Shown here piece by piece: positions 1-10,250 of a stretch of 64,000 nt of DNA (positions are counted from its first letter, which is position 1; every line of letters starts with the position of its first letter). Where the stretch lies: the NCBI GenBank assembly GCA_963752475.1, contig CAVVYR010000007.1, positions 352,001-416,000 of the forward strand, written 5' to 3'. A program made the translations under genes and the position numbers. The DNA is from an uncultured Chloroflexia bacterium (GTDB lineage Bacteria > Chloroflexota > Limnocylindria > Limnocylindrales > CSP1-4). A model generated the notes under the pieces. The model was not told the origin of the DNA. It did not search any database and saw only the letters and a program-made list of their open reading frames with translations.

Positions 1-368
1 GCGAACGATGCGGTCGACGGCCTGGGGTATTCGAAGTCACCGTCGACCTGCTTGATCAGGAGGTCGATGGCCTCGCAGTCGGTCGTGGACCACTGCATGC
101 GGTAGCGGCCGCTCGCGAGTGCGTAGGTGGCCTCGGGGTCGGCGTCCTGGTCGACCTGCGCCTTGGTCAGGAACTCCGAGACGGCGGCCTCTTCCTCAGA
201 TGCCTCCTCTTCCTCGGCAGGGGCTTCGGTGGCCTCCTCAACCGTCTCCTCGGTAGCCGGGGCCGTGGTGGCCTCGTCGGCGGGCTCGGGCGTGGCATCG
301 TCTCCGCCGCAGGCAGCGGCGACGAGACCGATGGCGAGGATCGATGCAGCGGCTGCGGAAAGCCTCAT
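1..368 (-). CDS. Putative lipoprotein, runs off the left edge of the window
   Basis: Hand translation: ATG at 368 after GGAGG; MRLSAAAASILAIGLVAAACGGDD (lipobox-like AAAC) then an acidic Glu/Ala/Thr-rich linker; no stop before position 1. Confidence 0.7.
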   Translation of the reverse strand, partial: MRLSAAAASILAIGLVAAACGGDDATPEPADEATTAPATEETVEEATEAPAEEEEASEEEAAVSEFLTKAQVDQDADPEATYALASGRYRMQWSTTDCEAIDLLIKQVDGDFEYPRPSTASF

Positions 369-525
369 ATCCCCCTCCAGTGCGGATGATCAGTGAGCGG
401 CAGCCTAGCACCTCTCCGCATGCGACTCAGCGCCCGCGCGGTCGCATCTGAGGTACGGCCGGCTATGGAGCTGGCTCGTCGTCTTCTGGCTCCTGTGTGG
501 GCGCCACGCTCAGCGACTCGACGAT

Positions 526-1626
526 CTAGCTGACGACGACGCCCTCTTCCTTGGTGGCCTTGTCGAGCTCGATGGCGCTCGACTCGCGGAAGTGGCAGGC
601 CACCAGCTGGTCCTTGCCATCGTTCGGCGTGGGGTCGATGAGCTGCGGCAGTTCGGTCGCGCAGATCTCCGGCTGGCCGAGGTGATCCCGGAGCCAGCAG
701 CGCGGATGGAAGTTGCAGCCTTCTGGCGGGTTGACCGGGCTGGGCACGTCACCGGTGAGGATGATGCGCTTGCGCTCGAGCGTTGGGTCGGGGAGGGGGA
801 TCGCGCTCATCAGCGCCATCGTGTACGGATGACGTGGGTCTCGGTATAGCTGCTCGCGGTTGGTCAGCTCGGCCACGCGGCCCAGGTACATCACGGCCAC
901 GCGATCGCTGATGTGCTCGACCACACCGAGGTTGTGGGCGATGAAGAGGTAGGTCAGCCCGAACTCTTCCTGGAGCGACTTGAGCAGGTTCAGCACCTGC
1001 GCCTGGATCGACACATCGAGCGCGGAGACCGGCTCATCGCAGACGATGATGTCCGGCTCCATCACCAGGGCGCGGGCGATGCCGATGCGCTGGCGCTGGC
1101 CACCGGAGAACTCGTGTGGGTAGCGGTCCGCGTGATACGGCTGCAGGCCCACGAGGTCCATCATGTCGGCGACCTTCTTGCGCCGCTCGGAGGTGGTCCC
1201 GAGGCCGTGGATGCGCAGGCCCTCGCCGATGCTGTCGCCCACGAGCTGGCGGGGATCGAGCGAGGCGAACGGGTCCTGGAACACGATCTGCATGCGCTTG
1301 CGATAGGGCTGCAGGTCCTTGCCCGAGAGGCTCGTGATGTCCACCCCGTCGAAGGTGATCCTGCCGCCAGTGGGGTCGATGAGCCGCAGCACCAGCCGCC
1401 CGATGGTCGTCTTGCCACAGCCCGACTCACCCACGAGACCGAGCGTCTCGCCCCGGCCGATGTCGAGGTCGACGCCGTCCACGGCCCGCACCTCGGCCAC
1501 CGTGCGCTGGAGCACGCCAGCCTTGATGGGAAAGGCCTTCTTCAGCCCTTCGAGGCGGATGAGTGGGTCGTCCAGCCGAGTCGTGACGCCCGGCGTCTCG
1601 GGCGTCGTGGTGGTCGTGTCGGTCAT
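526..1626 (-). CDS. oppF: Oligopeptide/dipeptide ABC transporter ATP-binding subunit (OppF/DppF-like)
   Basis: Walker [17 protein letters not shown] signature, [10 protein letters not shown]-terminal HPYT...GCNFHPRC motif. Confidence 0.93.
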   Translation of the reverse strand: MTDTTTTTPETPGVTTRLDDPLIRLEGLKKAFPIKAGVLQRTVAEVRAVDGVDLDIGRGETLGLVGESGCGKTTIGRLVLRLIDPTGGRITFDGVDITSLSGKDLQPYRKRMQIVFQDPFASLDPRQLVGDSIGEGLRIHGLGTTSERRKKVADMMDLVGLQPYHADRYPHEFSGGQRQRIGIARALVMEPDIIVCDEPVSALDVSIQAQVLNLLKSLQEEFGLTYLFIAHNLGVVEHISDRVAVMYLGRVAELTNREQLYRDPRHPYTMALMSAIPLPDPTLERKRIILTGDVPSPVNPPEGCNFHPRCWLRDHLGQPEICATELPQLIDPTPNDGKDQLVACHFRESSAIELDKATKEEGVVVS

Positions 1627-2693
1627 GTGCCCGCCTCCGGCCAGGTGTCAGGGTCCGGTCGTGGTGAGCCGTCCTCGTGGTGGTACAGCCAGCAGCGCAC
1701 CAGGTGATCGCCGCCGGCCGCGAGCAGCTCGGGGTGGGCCCTCTCGGCGAGCACGTTGCCATGCTCCTCGCGGGCCGTGCAACGTGGAGCGAAACGGCAG
1801 CCATCGGGCAGCTCGATGAGGTTCGGCACCGAGCCCGGGATGGTGGCCAGCTCGTCGAGGATCTCGCCGGGCACCGGGACCGCGCCGATGAGGCCGCGGG
1901 TGTAGGGGTGCTTGGGCTCGGCGAAGAGCGTGCGCACATCGGTCTGCTCGACGATCTCGCCGGCGTACATCACCGCGGCCCGGTCGCACATCTCGGCCAC
2001 GACGCCGAGGTCGTGCGTGATGAGGATGATGGCTGTGCCGGTCTCCTTCTGGAGCACGCGCATGAGGTCCAGGATCTGGGCCTGGATGGTCACGTCCAGC
2101 GCGGTCGTGGGCTCGTCCGCGATGAGTAGCTCCGGCTCGCAGGAGAGGGCGATGGCGATCATCACGCGCTGGGCCATGCCGCCCGACATCTCGTGCGGGT
2201 AGGCCTCGTAGCGTCGCTTGGCGTCGGGGATACCGACCATGTCCATCAGCTCGAGGCTGCGAACGCGCGCGGCCTTCTCGTCCATGTCTCGGTGGATCTG
2301 AAGTGATTCCGCGATCTGTGGCCCGACCTTCATCACCGGGTTGAGCGAAGACTGCGGCTGCTGGAAGATCATGGCGATGCGGTCGCCGCGGATCTTGCGC
2401 ATCTCATCGTTCGAGATCTGCAGCAGGTCCTGCCCGCCGAAGAGGACCTCGCCGCCCTCGACCTTGCCAGGCTCGCCCACGAGTCCGAGGATCGTGAGCG
2501 ACGTCACCGACTTGCCGCAGCCCGACTCGCCCACGATGCCCAGGATCTCACCCTTGTTGACGTGGAAGTCGACGCCGGTGACGGCCTTGATGACACCAGC
2601 GCGCGTGTAGAAGGACGTGCGCAGGCCCTTGACCTCGAGCACATGCTGCTGGGTCTCGTCGCTAGTGACGGGAGTGATCACGGTATCGGTCAC
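1623..2693 (-). CDS. oppD: Oligopeptide/dipeptide ABC transporter ATP-binding subunit (OppD/DppD-like)
   Basis: [29 protein letters not shown]...GCRFAPRC; 4-nt overlaps with neighbours. Confidence 0.93.
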   Translation of the reverse strand: MTDTVITPVTSDETQQHVLEVKGLRTSFYTRAGVIKAVTGVDFHVNKGEILGIVGESGCGKSVTSLTILGLVGEPGKVEGGEVLFGGQDLLQISNDEMRKIRGDRIAMIFQQPQSSLNPVMKVGPQIAESLQIHRDMDEKAARVRSLELMDMVGIPDAKRRYEAYPHEMSGGMAQRVMIAIALSCEPELLIADEPTTALDVTIQAQILDLMRVLQKETGTAIILITHDLGVVAEMCDRAAVMYAGEIVEQTDVRTLFAEPKHPYTRGLIGAVPVPGEILDELATIPGSVPNLIELPDGCRFAPRCTAREEHGNVLAERAHPELLAAGGDHLVRCWLYHHEDGSPRPDPDTWPEAGT

Positions 2694-3709
2694 CTGTTGA
2701 GCCTCGGGTCGAGGGCGTCACGGATGCCGTCGCCGAGCAGGTTGAAGCCCAGCACCAGCACGGTCAGCATGAAGGCTGGCGACAGCACCAGCAGCGGACG
2801 CGAGAAGATCGAGTTGAAGTCGCGTCCGATCATCGCGCCCCACTCTGGCCAGGGTTCGCTCAGGCCGAGGCCGAGGAACGACAGAGCGGCCACCTCCAGC
2901 ACGGCCGTGGCGATGCCCAGCGAGCCGGCCACGATGAGAGGCGTCAGCGAGTTCGGAAGGATGCGCCGGCGCAGGATGCCGGCGCCCGACTCACCCAAGG
3001 CGCGCGAGGCCGTGACGTAGTCACTCTCACGGGTGGTGAGCACAGCCGACCGGGTCAGGCGCGCGTACAACGGGATGGACACGATGACGACAGCGGCGAC
3101 CGGCCATAGCAGGTTCCACACCCCCGGCAGCGAGAGGTCGAGGGAACGCAGTCCGGTCACGATGGCGATGGCCAGGACGAGTGCCGGGAAGGAGAGGACG
3201 ATATCCATGATGCGCATGAGGCCCATGTCCGGCCAGCCACCCGCGTAGCCAGCGATGGCCCCGATGATGGCCCCGATGAGGATGGCGATGCCGACCACGG
3301 CAGGCCCGATGGGCAGCGAGATGCGAGCTCCGTAGACGACGCGGCTGAAGATGTCACGGCTGTTGCCGTCGGTGCCGAGGTACGTCTGCGGCTGGTCTTC
3401 CGGGCATCCCCACGCCCCCAGGACGGGCAGCTCGTAGAAGGCATGGATGCAGGGCTCGGCTCGTCGCCCTGGCTCGCCGGGCCCGTTGAGGTTGTCGAAC
3501 GCGCCATACGGAGCGATGAAGTCGGCGAAGATGGCCGTGAAGGCCAGCACGCCGAGGAGGATGAGACCCACCACTGCGCTTCGTTGCGCGAGGATGTTGC
3601 GGAGCGTCTCCTTGATGCGTGCGCCGCGCGCAGAGCCGGAGGTCTGCGCGCTCTTGCCCGCGACGACATCTGCCTCGCCCTTGCGGTTACCACTCATCTG
3701 CATCTTCAT
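2690..3709 (-). CDS. oppC: Peptide ABC transporter permease (OppC/DppC-like)
   Basis: LGTDGNSRDIFSRVVYGARISL, EAA-like loop, LSFLGLG...PEWG, GFNLLGDGIRDALDP. Confidence 0.92.
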   Translation of the reverse strand: MKMQMSGNRKGEADVVAGKSAQTSGSARGARIKETLRNILAQRSAVVGLILLGVLAFTAIFADFIAPYGAFDNLNGPGEPGRRAEPCIHAFYELPVLGAWGCPEDQPQTYLGTDGNSRDIFSRVVYGARISLPIGPAVVGIAILIGAIIGAIAGYAGGWPDMGLMRIMDIVLSFPALVLAIAIVTGLRSLDLSLPGVWNLLWPVAAVVIVSIPLYARLTRSAVLTTRESDYVTASRALGESGAGILRRRILPNSLTPLIVAGSLGIATAVLEVAALSFLGLGLSEPWPEWGAMIGRDFNSIFSRPLLVLSPAFMLTVLVLGFNLLGDGIRDALDPRLNR

Positions 3710-3719
3710 CTAGCGCCTC

Positions 3720-4817
3720 TCACTTGAGTCGGATCCGCGGATCGAGGAAGGCATACGAGATGTCCACGATGAGGTTCACCGTCAGGTAGATGAGCGCGAT
3801 GATCAGGGTGAAGGCCTGGACCACGATGTAGTCGCGGCCCACGATGGAGTCGTACATCGTGCGGCCCACGCCGGTCAGGTTGAAGACGGTCTCGGTGAGC
3901 ACCGCTCCCGCGAGCAGCAGGCCCAGCTGCAGGCCGATGATCGTGACCACCGGCAGCATGGCGTTGCGGAACGCATGCTTGCGCAGGACGCTCCGGTCGC
4001 TCACGCCCTTGGCTCGGGCGGTGCGGATGTAGTCGAGGCCGAGGACCTCCAGCAGCGACGAGCGCGTGATGCGCGCGATGATGGCCAGGCTGATCGTGCC
4101 CAGCGCGATGACCGGCAGGATGAGGTGCTTGACCGCGTCGAGCCACTGCTCGAACTGGAACGTCACCAGGAAGCTGAAGGTGTACAGGCCACTGACGAAG
4201 TCCAGCATCGCGCGTGGCAGTCCACCGAGGTTCTCCAGGCCCCAGGCCTCGACGAGCGTGTCGAACTGCAGGCCCGGCGAGAGCCGGCCTGATGGTGGTA
4301 ACCCGATACGCACGCCGAATATGTCCTCGGTCAAGCCCGGCAGCCACACCGCGAAGGCGAACTGCAGCATCAGGGCCAGCACGAAGATGGGGATGGACAC
4401 GCCGAGGATGGCCACGAACATCGTGGTCACGTCGGTCTTGGAGTTTCGGCGAAGCGCTGCCAGCAGGCCCAGCAGCACGCCGCTCACGGAGGCGAAGAGG
4501 AGTGCGTAGACGGCCAGCTCGACGGTCGTGGGCAGGCGCTCGATGAGGATGTCGGTGACAGGACGCCCGTATCGGATGGACTCACCCAGATCGCCCCGGA
4601 GCAGCTGTCCGATGTAGAGGAAGAACTGGACGATGATGGGCTCGTTGAGCCCGAAGCGCTCGTTGAACGCGTCGCAGATCTCCGCGGTCGCGCGCTCACC
4701 CAGGGCCGACAGGCAGGGGTCGCCGGGGAGCAGGCGGGCGATGACGAAGACGATGAAGATGATGCCGAGCAGCGTGGGGATACTCAGCAGCAGCCGCCGG
4801 ATGATGTACTGGGTCAA
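3720..4817 (-). CDS. oppB: Peptide ABC transporter permease (OppB/DppB-like)
   Basis: YIIRRLL N-terminus, GDLGES, DYIRTARAKG, C-terminal LDPRIR. Confidence 0.92.
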   Translation of the reverse strand: MTQYIIRRLLLSIPTLLGIIFIVFVIARLLPGDPCLSALGERATAEICDAFNERFGLNEPIIVQFFLYIGQLLRGDLGESIRYGRPVTDILIERLPTTVELAVYALLFASVSGVLLGLLAALRRNSKTDVTTMFVAILGVSIPIFVLALMLQFAFAVWLPGLTEDIFGVRIGLPPSGRLSPGLQFDTLVEAWGLENLGGLPRAMLDFVSGLYTFSFLVTFQFEQWLDAVKHLILPVIALGTISLAIIARITRSSLLEVLGLDYIRTARAKGVSDRSVLRKHAFRNAMLPVVTIIGLQLGLLLAGAVLTETVFNLTGVGRTMYDSIVGRDYIVVQAFTLIIALIYLTVNLIVDISYAFLDPRIRLK

Positions 4818-4922
4818 GTCGAGCTGCTAGTGCGGATTCGGATGCTGGGCCGGGGGAGATAGTAGATGAAGGGCGCCACCTCCGCGGTGACGCCCCTCAC
4901 CCTTACGCTTCGAGGTCGAGGC

Positions 4923-6641
4923 CTATTCGGCCGGGACGTTGTTCAGGAAACCACCCCAGAGACCGGGGAAGTACGTGAAGCTGCCGTCACGTCCGATGTG
5001 GAGCGGGTTCAGCAGGTCCCACTGGACCGCGTACGAGGACACGATGTCGCTGGCGGTGAGGTCAGCGCCGTCGTGGAACTTGATGCCCTCGCGGAGGCTG
5101 CAGGTCCACTCGGTCAGGTCCTCGTTCGAGGTGCACTCGGTGGCCAGCCGCGGGTAGGCTTCGGCGCCGCCGATCTCGTAGCCGTAGAGCGACTCGTTGA
5201 TCTGCTCGCAGGCGCGCAGGGACTCGCCGTCGGTCTCGTCGGCGCAGTACAGGCCGATGGGCTCGGCGTTCTGCATCCACACGAGGACGTCGTCAGCGCC
5301 CGGGGTGATGACACGGAACTCCTCGTTGCCGAGGGGCGACGAGTGCGCACCCTCGATGTCTGCCGCCCAGGCGGTGGCGGAACCACCGGCCGCGATCGGC
5401 ACCATCGGGATGTTGGCCTTGACGGCGTTGTTGGCATCGGCATAGGCCGCAGCACGAACCTCGGCGTCCGAGTTGGTCGCGCCCACACCGAGGGCGTCCC
5501 AGATGTCCTGGAAGCCATCGCCGAACTGGGCGGAGGCGCCGGGGCCGAAGTGGAAGTCGAGGAAGTTGGTCGGATCGGGGTAGTCAGCGCCCCAACCGAG
5601 GAGGTGCAGGCCGCTCAGCGCACCGGCGTCGGCGTTGTCGATGAACGTGCCCGACTCCTGGACGTCGATGGTGGCGGTGATGCCGAGGTTCTCGGCCAGC
5701 TGATCCTGGATGTCGACAGCGACCTGCTCCGGGAAGGGCAGGTACGTGCGGTCGACGACGCGCAGCGAGATCGGGATCTCGGGCATCTCGTCCATGCCGA
5801 CCTCGGCCAGGCCCTCGGCCAGCAGCGCAGCCGCGGCCTCGGGATCGTACTCGTACCAGTCCTCGCCCTCACAGGCGAAGGGGATCGAGCACGGCGTGAA
5901 GTGGCTGGCCACATTGGAGCCGGCCGGGTAGAAGTTGTTCAGGATGCGCTCGCGGTCGATGCCCTGAGCGATGGCCTGGCGAACCTTCTGGTTGCCGAAG
6001 GGCTCGTAGGTGTTGTTCATGCCCACGTAGAAGACGTTCATGCCTTCGCGCGGGAGCACCTGGAAGTTCGGGTCCGCTTCCAGCGTCTCGATGTCGTCGA
6101 CGCTGGGGTTGTCGATACCGTCGACGGTGCCGGACTGAAGCTCGAGCAGCTTCTGGCCGGGCTCGCTGGACCAGCGCATGACCACGGTCTCGGACAGGAC
6201 GGGCTCGCCCCAGTAGTCCGGGTTGGCCTCGAGGATGATCTCGGAGCCGCGGCGCCACTCACCGAGCATGTACGGGCCGGTGCCGTTGGGCTCGGCCACG
6301 ATGGTGCCGTCGGTGCCGGCAGACGCGAGGTAGTCCGAATCCTGCGCCGCGAACGCCGAGAAGGCGACCTTCGACAGGAACGCCGGGTCCGGCGCGCAGA
6401 GGTTGAACTTGACGGTCAGATCATCGACCGCCTCGATGCTGGCAAGGCTGCCGGTGTAGGGCAGGCCTGCGAACGTGCCGGCTTCACAGTCGACAGCTTC
6501 GGTCACGGGATACGACGTCCAGCCACCCTCGGGCATCTCGCCCTGCTCCGCCTGTGCGAAGACGGGAGCTGCTGAGGTGGCCAGGAGCGCCATCGCGCCG
6601 CCAACGGCGGCCGCGGACAACCAAGTAGGTCGTCGGGTCAT
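4923..6641 (-). CDS. Family 5 peptide ABC substrate-binding protein, apparently circularly permuted
   Basis: Start moved to ATG 6641 (AAGGAG RBS, signal peptide MTRRPTWLSAAAVGGAMALLA); PNGTGPY, VRQAIAQGIDR, WGADYPDP; the usual N-terminal LREGIKFHDG-LTASDI motif is at the C-terminus. Confidence 0.88.
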   Translation of the reverse strand: MTRRPTWLSAAAVGGAMALLATSAAPVFAQAEQGEMPEGGWTSYPVTEAVDCEAGTFAGLPYTGSLASIEAVDDLTVKFNLCAPDPAFLSKVAFSAFAAQDSDYLASAGTDGTIVAEPNGTGPYMLGEWRRGSEIILEANPDYWGEPVLSETVVMRWSSEPGQKLLELQSGTVDGIDNPSVDDIETLEADPNFQVLPREGMNVFYVGMNNTYEPFGNQKVRQAIAQGIDRERILNNFYPAGSNVASHFTPCSIPFACEGEDWYEYDPEAAAALLAEGLAEVGMDEMPEIPISLRVVDRTYLPFPEQVAVDIQDQLAENLGITATIDVQESGTFIDNADAGALSGLHLLGWGADYPDPTNFLDFHFGPGASAQFGDGFQDIWDALGVGATNSDAEVRAAAYADANNAVKANIPMVPIAAGGSATAWAADIEGAHSSPLGNEEFRVITPGADDVLVWMQNAEPIGLYCADETDGESLRACEQINESLYGYEIGGAEAYPRLATECTSNEDLTEWTCSLREGIKFHDGADLTASDIVSSYAVQWDLLNPLHIGRDGSFTYFPGLWGGFLNNVPAE

Positions 6642-6857
6642 CCGGTTCTCCTTCTTTCTCTCCGCGACGGATTCGGGCGGCCGCTCTCTCACAGAGGGAC
6701 CGTTGGGTCTGGACTCCTCCTCAGCCAACCCGTGGGTGCACAGCGCGGCACAGCGCTCGCACCCTTCGCGGCGTCCGTACACCCTAGCACCGCCGCACAA
6801 CCGTCGTCCGGCATCCGGGTTTCGGTTCGAGTCGAGTATCGAGGCCCTGCGCCTTGG

Positions 6858-6890
6858 TATGCGTAGGTCTATGCGCTAAGATATGCGCAT
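6858..6890 (+). promoter_or_regulatory. Putative vapBC promoter/operator with three TATGCG direct repeats
   Basis: TATGCG at 6858, 6870, 6882 (12-nt period); TAAGAT -10-like hexamer at 6877-6882; palindrome ATGCGCAT at 6883-6890. Confidence 0.5.
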
Positions 6891-7218
6891 GGCTGTGCGC
6901 AGGAAGACGACCCGCTACCCCATCGACCGGACCTATGAGCCCGCGCCGGAGCCCCAGCGGATCCCCGTCAATCTGAGCCTCCCGGAAGATCTCGTGGCCG
7001 ATCTCGACAAGGTCGCCGGCCCACGCAAGCGCAGCGCCTTCGCGGAGGAGGCGCTGCGTCGAGCCATCAAGCGCGAGCAGTTCCGCATCGTCGCCGAGGA
7101 GGTCGCGGGCTCGCTCGATCCTGAGGACTACCCGTACTGGCAGACCTCAGAGGATGTCGTCGAGTGGGTGCGCATGATGCGAGCCGAGGAGACGTCCACG
7201 GAGCCGGACAAGACGTGA
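6883..7218 (+). CDS. vapB: Ribbon-helix-helix antitoxin (VapB-like)
   Basis: VNLSLPEDLVADLD...KRSAFAEEALRRAI RHH pattern; GTGA overlap with downstream PIN gene; true start may be ATG 6889. Confidence 0.75.
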   Translation: MRMAVRRKTTRYPIDRTYEPAPEPQRIPVNLSLPEDLVADLDKVAGPRKRSAFAEEALRRAIKREQFRIVAEEVAGSLDPEDYPYWQTSEDVVEWVRMMRAEETSTEPDKT

Positions 7219-7595
7219 GGCTGCTGCTGGACTCAGCATTCGTCATCGACCTGATGAACGGCTTGCCCGAGGCCATCGCCCGGCAGGCGCGCATGTACGA
7301 GGTCGGAGACGATCTGATGGTCAACGAGATCGTCGTGTGCGAGGTGCGCGCGGGGCTGCGTGGCGAGGGTGTGAAGCGGTTCGAGCGGCTACTCGAACCG
7401 GTCGAGTTCATCCAGCCCGGCCCCGAGACCGCACTGGTAGCAGGGAGTTGGCGCGAGGCGGCACACGGCCGCGGGCGCCGACTGAGTCTCGCTGACTCGC
7501 TCATCGCGGCTGCAGCCGACGCGGTCGATGCCGCGGTGCTGACCCGCAACGTCAAGGACTTCGCACTCACGCCGGTCCGCGTCGAGACGTACTGA
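7215..7595 (+). CDS. vapC: PIN-domain toxin (VapC-like)
   Basis: GTG 7215 gives MRLLLDSAFVID; conserved acidic PIN residues (LLD, CEV, LADSLIAA, LTRNVKDF). Confidence 0.88.
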   Translation: MRLLLDSAFVIDLMNGLPEAIARQARMYEVGDDLMVNEIVVCEVRAGLRGEGVKRFERLLEPVEFIQPGPETALVAGSWREAAHGRGRRLSLADSLIAAAADAVDAAVLTRNVKDFALTPVRVETY

Positions 7596-7637
7596 CCGGG
7601 CGCGACCGCGTGACGGACAGCGCATACACTCACGGCC

Positions 7638-8531
7638 ATGGCATCACTCCGCGTCGCGCTGGCCCAGATCGCACCACGTCTCGGTGCGCTCGACGACAAC
7701 CTCGCGCGCCATCACGAGCTCATCGCCGAGGCCGAGTCGCACGGGGCTGATCTCGTGGTCTTCCCCGAGCTGGGGCTGACCGGCTACCTGCTGCAGGACC
7801 TCAACGCCGAAGTGGCCATGCGCCGCAACGACCCGCGCATCCTCGAGCTGGCACGGGCCGCGGGCGAGATGAGCGTCGTGGTCTCGTTCGTGGAGGAGTC
7901 GTCGGACCACAAGCTCTTCATCAGCGCCGCGCTGCTCGAGAACCAGGCTGTGCGCCACGTCCACCGCAAGGTCTTCCTGCCCACCTACGGCCTCTTCGAC
8001 GAGCGACGCTTCTTCGCCCCCGGCTCGACCATCCGTGCAGCCAGTTCGGAGCGGCTGGACCTTCGGCTGGGCATCAGCGTGTGCGAGGACTTCTGGCACC
8101 TGGCCACGCCCCAGCTGCTGGCCCTCGATGGCGCGCAGCTGCTCATCAACGTCTCCTCCTCGCCGGGTCGAGATGTGGCCGCGGTCAAGGAGCACGGCTT
8201 GGGCACGGCCGAGTCGTGGCGCTCGCTCAACCGCACCTACGCCCAGCTGACGACGAGTTACGTCATCTTCGTCAACCGTGTCGGTGTCGACGAGTCGATC
8301 ACCTTCTGGGGCGGCTCCGAAGTCGTCGGCCCGGACGGCGGCAGCATCTTCCGGGCACCCACCCACGACGAGGGCCTGTACGTGACCCAGATCGACCCGG
8401 CTCAGCTGCGACGTGAGCGCATCGCCTCACCGTTGCTCCGCGATGAGCGCCCGGAGGTCGTCATCCGCCAGCTCGACCAGATCATCGGCGAGCGCCTCGA
8501 GCGCAACGCCCGCAGCGCCAAGCGACCGTGA
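7638..8531 (+). CDS. Carbon-nitrogen hydrolase, probable glutaminase subunit of NAD synthetase
   Basis: VFPELGLTGY, HRKVFLPTYGLFDERRFF, VCEDFW (E-K-C triad); overlaps nadE. Confidence 0.88.
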   Translation: MASLRVALAQIAPRLGALDDNLARHHELIAEAESHGADLVVFPELGLTGYLLQDLNAEVAMRRNDPRILELARAAGEMSVVVSFVEESSDHKLFISAALLENQAVRHVHRKVFLPTYGLFDERRFFAPGSTIRAASSERLDLRLGISVCEDFWHLATPQLLALDGAQLLINVSSSPGRDVAAVKEHGLGTAESWRSLNRTYAQLTTSYVIFVNRVGVDESITFWGGSEVVGPDGGSIFRAPTHDEGLYVTQIDPAQLRRERIASPLLRDERPEVVIRQLDQIIGERLERNARSAKRP

Positions 8532-9403
8532 CCAGGACCGATCCGGCGACGCCCGCGTTCGAACTCCCTGAGGAGCTCAGCATCGACACCGACGCCGCGC
8601 GTCGCATCATCGGTGAGTTCATCCGCGCGCAGCTGTCGCAGGCCGGCTTCGGCAAGGTCCTGCTGGGGTTGTCGGGCGGCATCGACTCGGGGCTCGTGGC
8701 CTACCTCGCCGCCGAGGCCATCGGGCCGCAGAACGTGCTCGCGATCCTGATGCCGTACAAGACGTCCTCGCCGGAGTCCCGGGGCGATGCCGAGACCATC
8801 GTCGCTGACCTGGGTCTGCCCCACGAGCTGGTCGACATCAGCCCCATCGTCGACGGCTACTTCGACGAGACGCGGCAGGACGCGGCCCCGCTGCGCCGAG
8901 GCAACTTCATGGCCCGGGCGCGCATGTGCGTGCTCTACGACCACTCGGTGACCTGGGGCGGTCTCGTCATCGGTACTGGCAACAAGACCGAGGCGCTCAT
9001 CGGCTACTCCACGCTGTGGGGTGATAGCGCCAGCGCATTCAACCCCATCGGGGACATCTACAAGTCGCAGGTGCGCCAGCTCTCGGCGGCCCTCGGTGTG
9101 CCGGAGGCCGTCATCAACAAGGCGCCTTCGGCCGACCTCTGGCCGGGCCAGACCGACGAGGACGAGGTCGGCTTCAGCTACGCCGAGGTCGATCGCATCC
9201 TGTTCCGGCTGGTGGACCGGCGCCTGAGCCTCGACGAGGTCGTGGCCGATGGCTTCGAGCGCGAGCTGGTCGAACGCGTCGACCGCATGGTCGCCGGTTC
9301 CGAGTTCAAGCGCCAGGTCCCGCCCATCGCCAAGATCGGGCCGCGCACCGCCGGCATCGACTACCTCTACCCGCGCCGCCGACCGCGCTCGGCGCGTGAC
9401 TGA
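8528..9403 (+). CDS. nadE: NAD+ synthetase
   Basis: LGLSGGIDSG PP-loop, GNFMARARM, GTGNKTE, KAPSADLWPGQTDE, SEFKR. Confidence 0.95.
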   Translation: MTRTDPATPAFELPEELSIDTDAARRIIGEFIRAQLSQAGFGKVLLGLSGGIDSGLVAYLAAEAIGPQNVLAILMPYKTSSPESRGDAETIVADLGLPHELVDISPIVDGYFDETRQDAAPLRRGNFMARARMCVLYDHSVTWGGLVIGTGNKTEALIGYSTLWGDSASAFNPIGDIYKSQVRQLSAALGVPEAVINKAPSADLWPGQTDEDEVGFSYAEVDRILFRLVDRRLSLDEVVADGFERELVERVDRMVAGSEFKRQVPPIAKIGPRTAGIDYLYPRRRPRSARD

Positions 9404-10244
9404 CGTGGTCACCGAGTGCGGCCGCGGCACGCTCTACGTCGTGGCTACGCCCATCGGCAACCTCGGCGACATCACCCTGCGTGCGCTCGAGGTGCTGCGT
9501 GCCGTCGCCGTGGTGGCCGCGGAGGACACGCGCGTGACCCGCAAGCTGTGGTCCCGCTTCGACATCGAGACGCCGCTCGTGAGCTACCACGCCCACAGCG
9601 ACGACCGCCGCACCGCGCAGCTCATCGAGCGGCTCGAAGGGGGCGAGGACGTGGCCCTCGTGACCGACGCCGGCACTCCGCTGGTCAGCGACCCCGGCGA
9701 GATCCTCGTGAGCGCTTGGGCCGAGCGTGGCGGAACGGTCGTGCCCATCCCGGGTGCCTCGGCCGTCCTGGCGGCGCTGGTGGCCAGTGCCCTCCCTGCC
9801 GCGCGCTGGGGGTTCGAGGGCTTCCTGCCGCGCAAGGGCCGGGAGCGCAAGGAGCGCATCGCCCGGATCGCGGCCGATGATCGGGCCACCGTCATCTACG
9901 AGGCCCATGGACGGACGGCGGCCACCCTGCGGGACCTCGCTGCTGCCTGCGGTGCCGAGCGCCCCGCCGCCGTTGCCCGCGAGCTGACCAAGCTCCACGA
10001 AGAGGTTCGCCGGGGCACGCTCGAGGAGCTGGCCGCCACGGCCGAGGCGTCGCCGCTCAAGGGCGAGGTCGTCATCGTCGTCGCCGGCGCCACGCCCGAG
10101 GATGTGGCGGAGGTCAGCCTCGAAGCCGGCCGTGCGCGCGTCGATCGTCTGGCGGCCGAAGGCGTCAGGCGTTCCGCGGCCGCGAAGATCGTGGCCGAGG
10201 AGACCGGCCTGCCTCGACGGGAGCTGTTCGCGACCGAGGGCTGA
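9396..10244 (+). CDS. rsmI: 16S rRNA (cytidine1402-2'-O)-methyltransferase
   Basis: LYVVATPIGNLGDIT, AAEDTR, DAGTPLVSDPG, FEGFLP, ARELTKLHEE; start assigned to GTG 9396. Confidence 0.93.
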   Translation: MTDVVTECGRGTLYVVATPIGNLGDITLRALEVLRAVAVVAAEDTRVTRKLWSRFDIETPLVSYHAHSDDRRTAQLIERLEGGEDVALVTDAGTPLVSDPGEILVSAWAERGGTVVPIPGASAVLAALVASALPAARWGFEGFLPRKGRERKERIARIAADDRATVIYEAHGRTAATLRDLAAACGAERPAAVARELTKLHEEVRRGTLEELAATAEASPLKGEVVIVVAGATPEDVAEVSLEAGRARVDRLAAEGVRRSAAAKIVAEETGLPRRELFATEG

Positions 10245-10250
10245 GATGGC

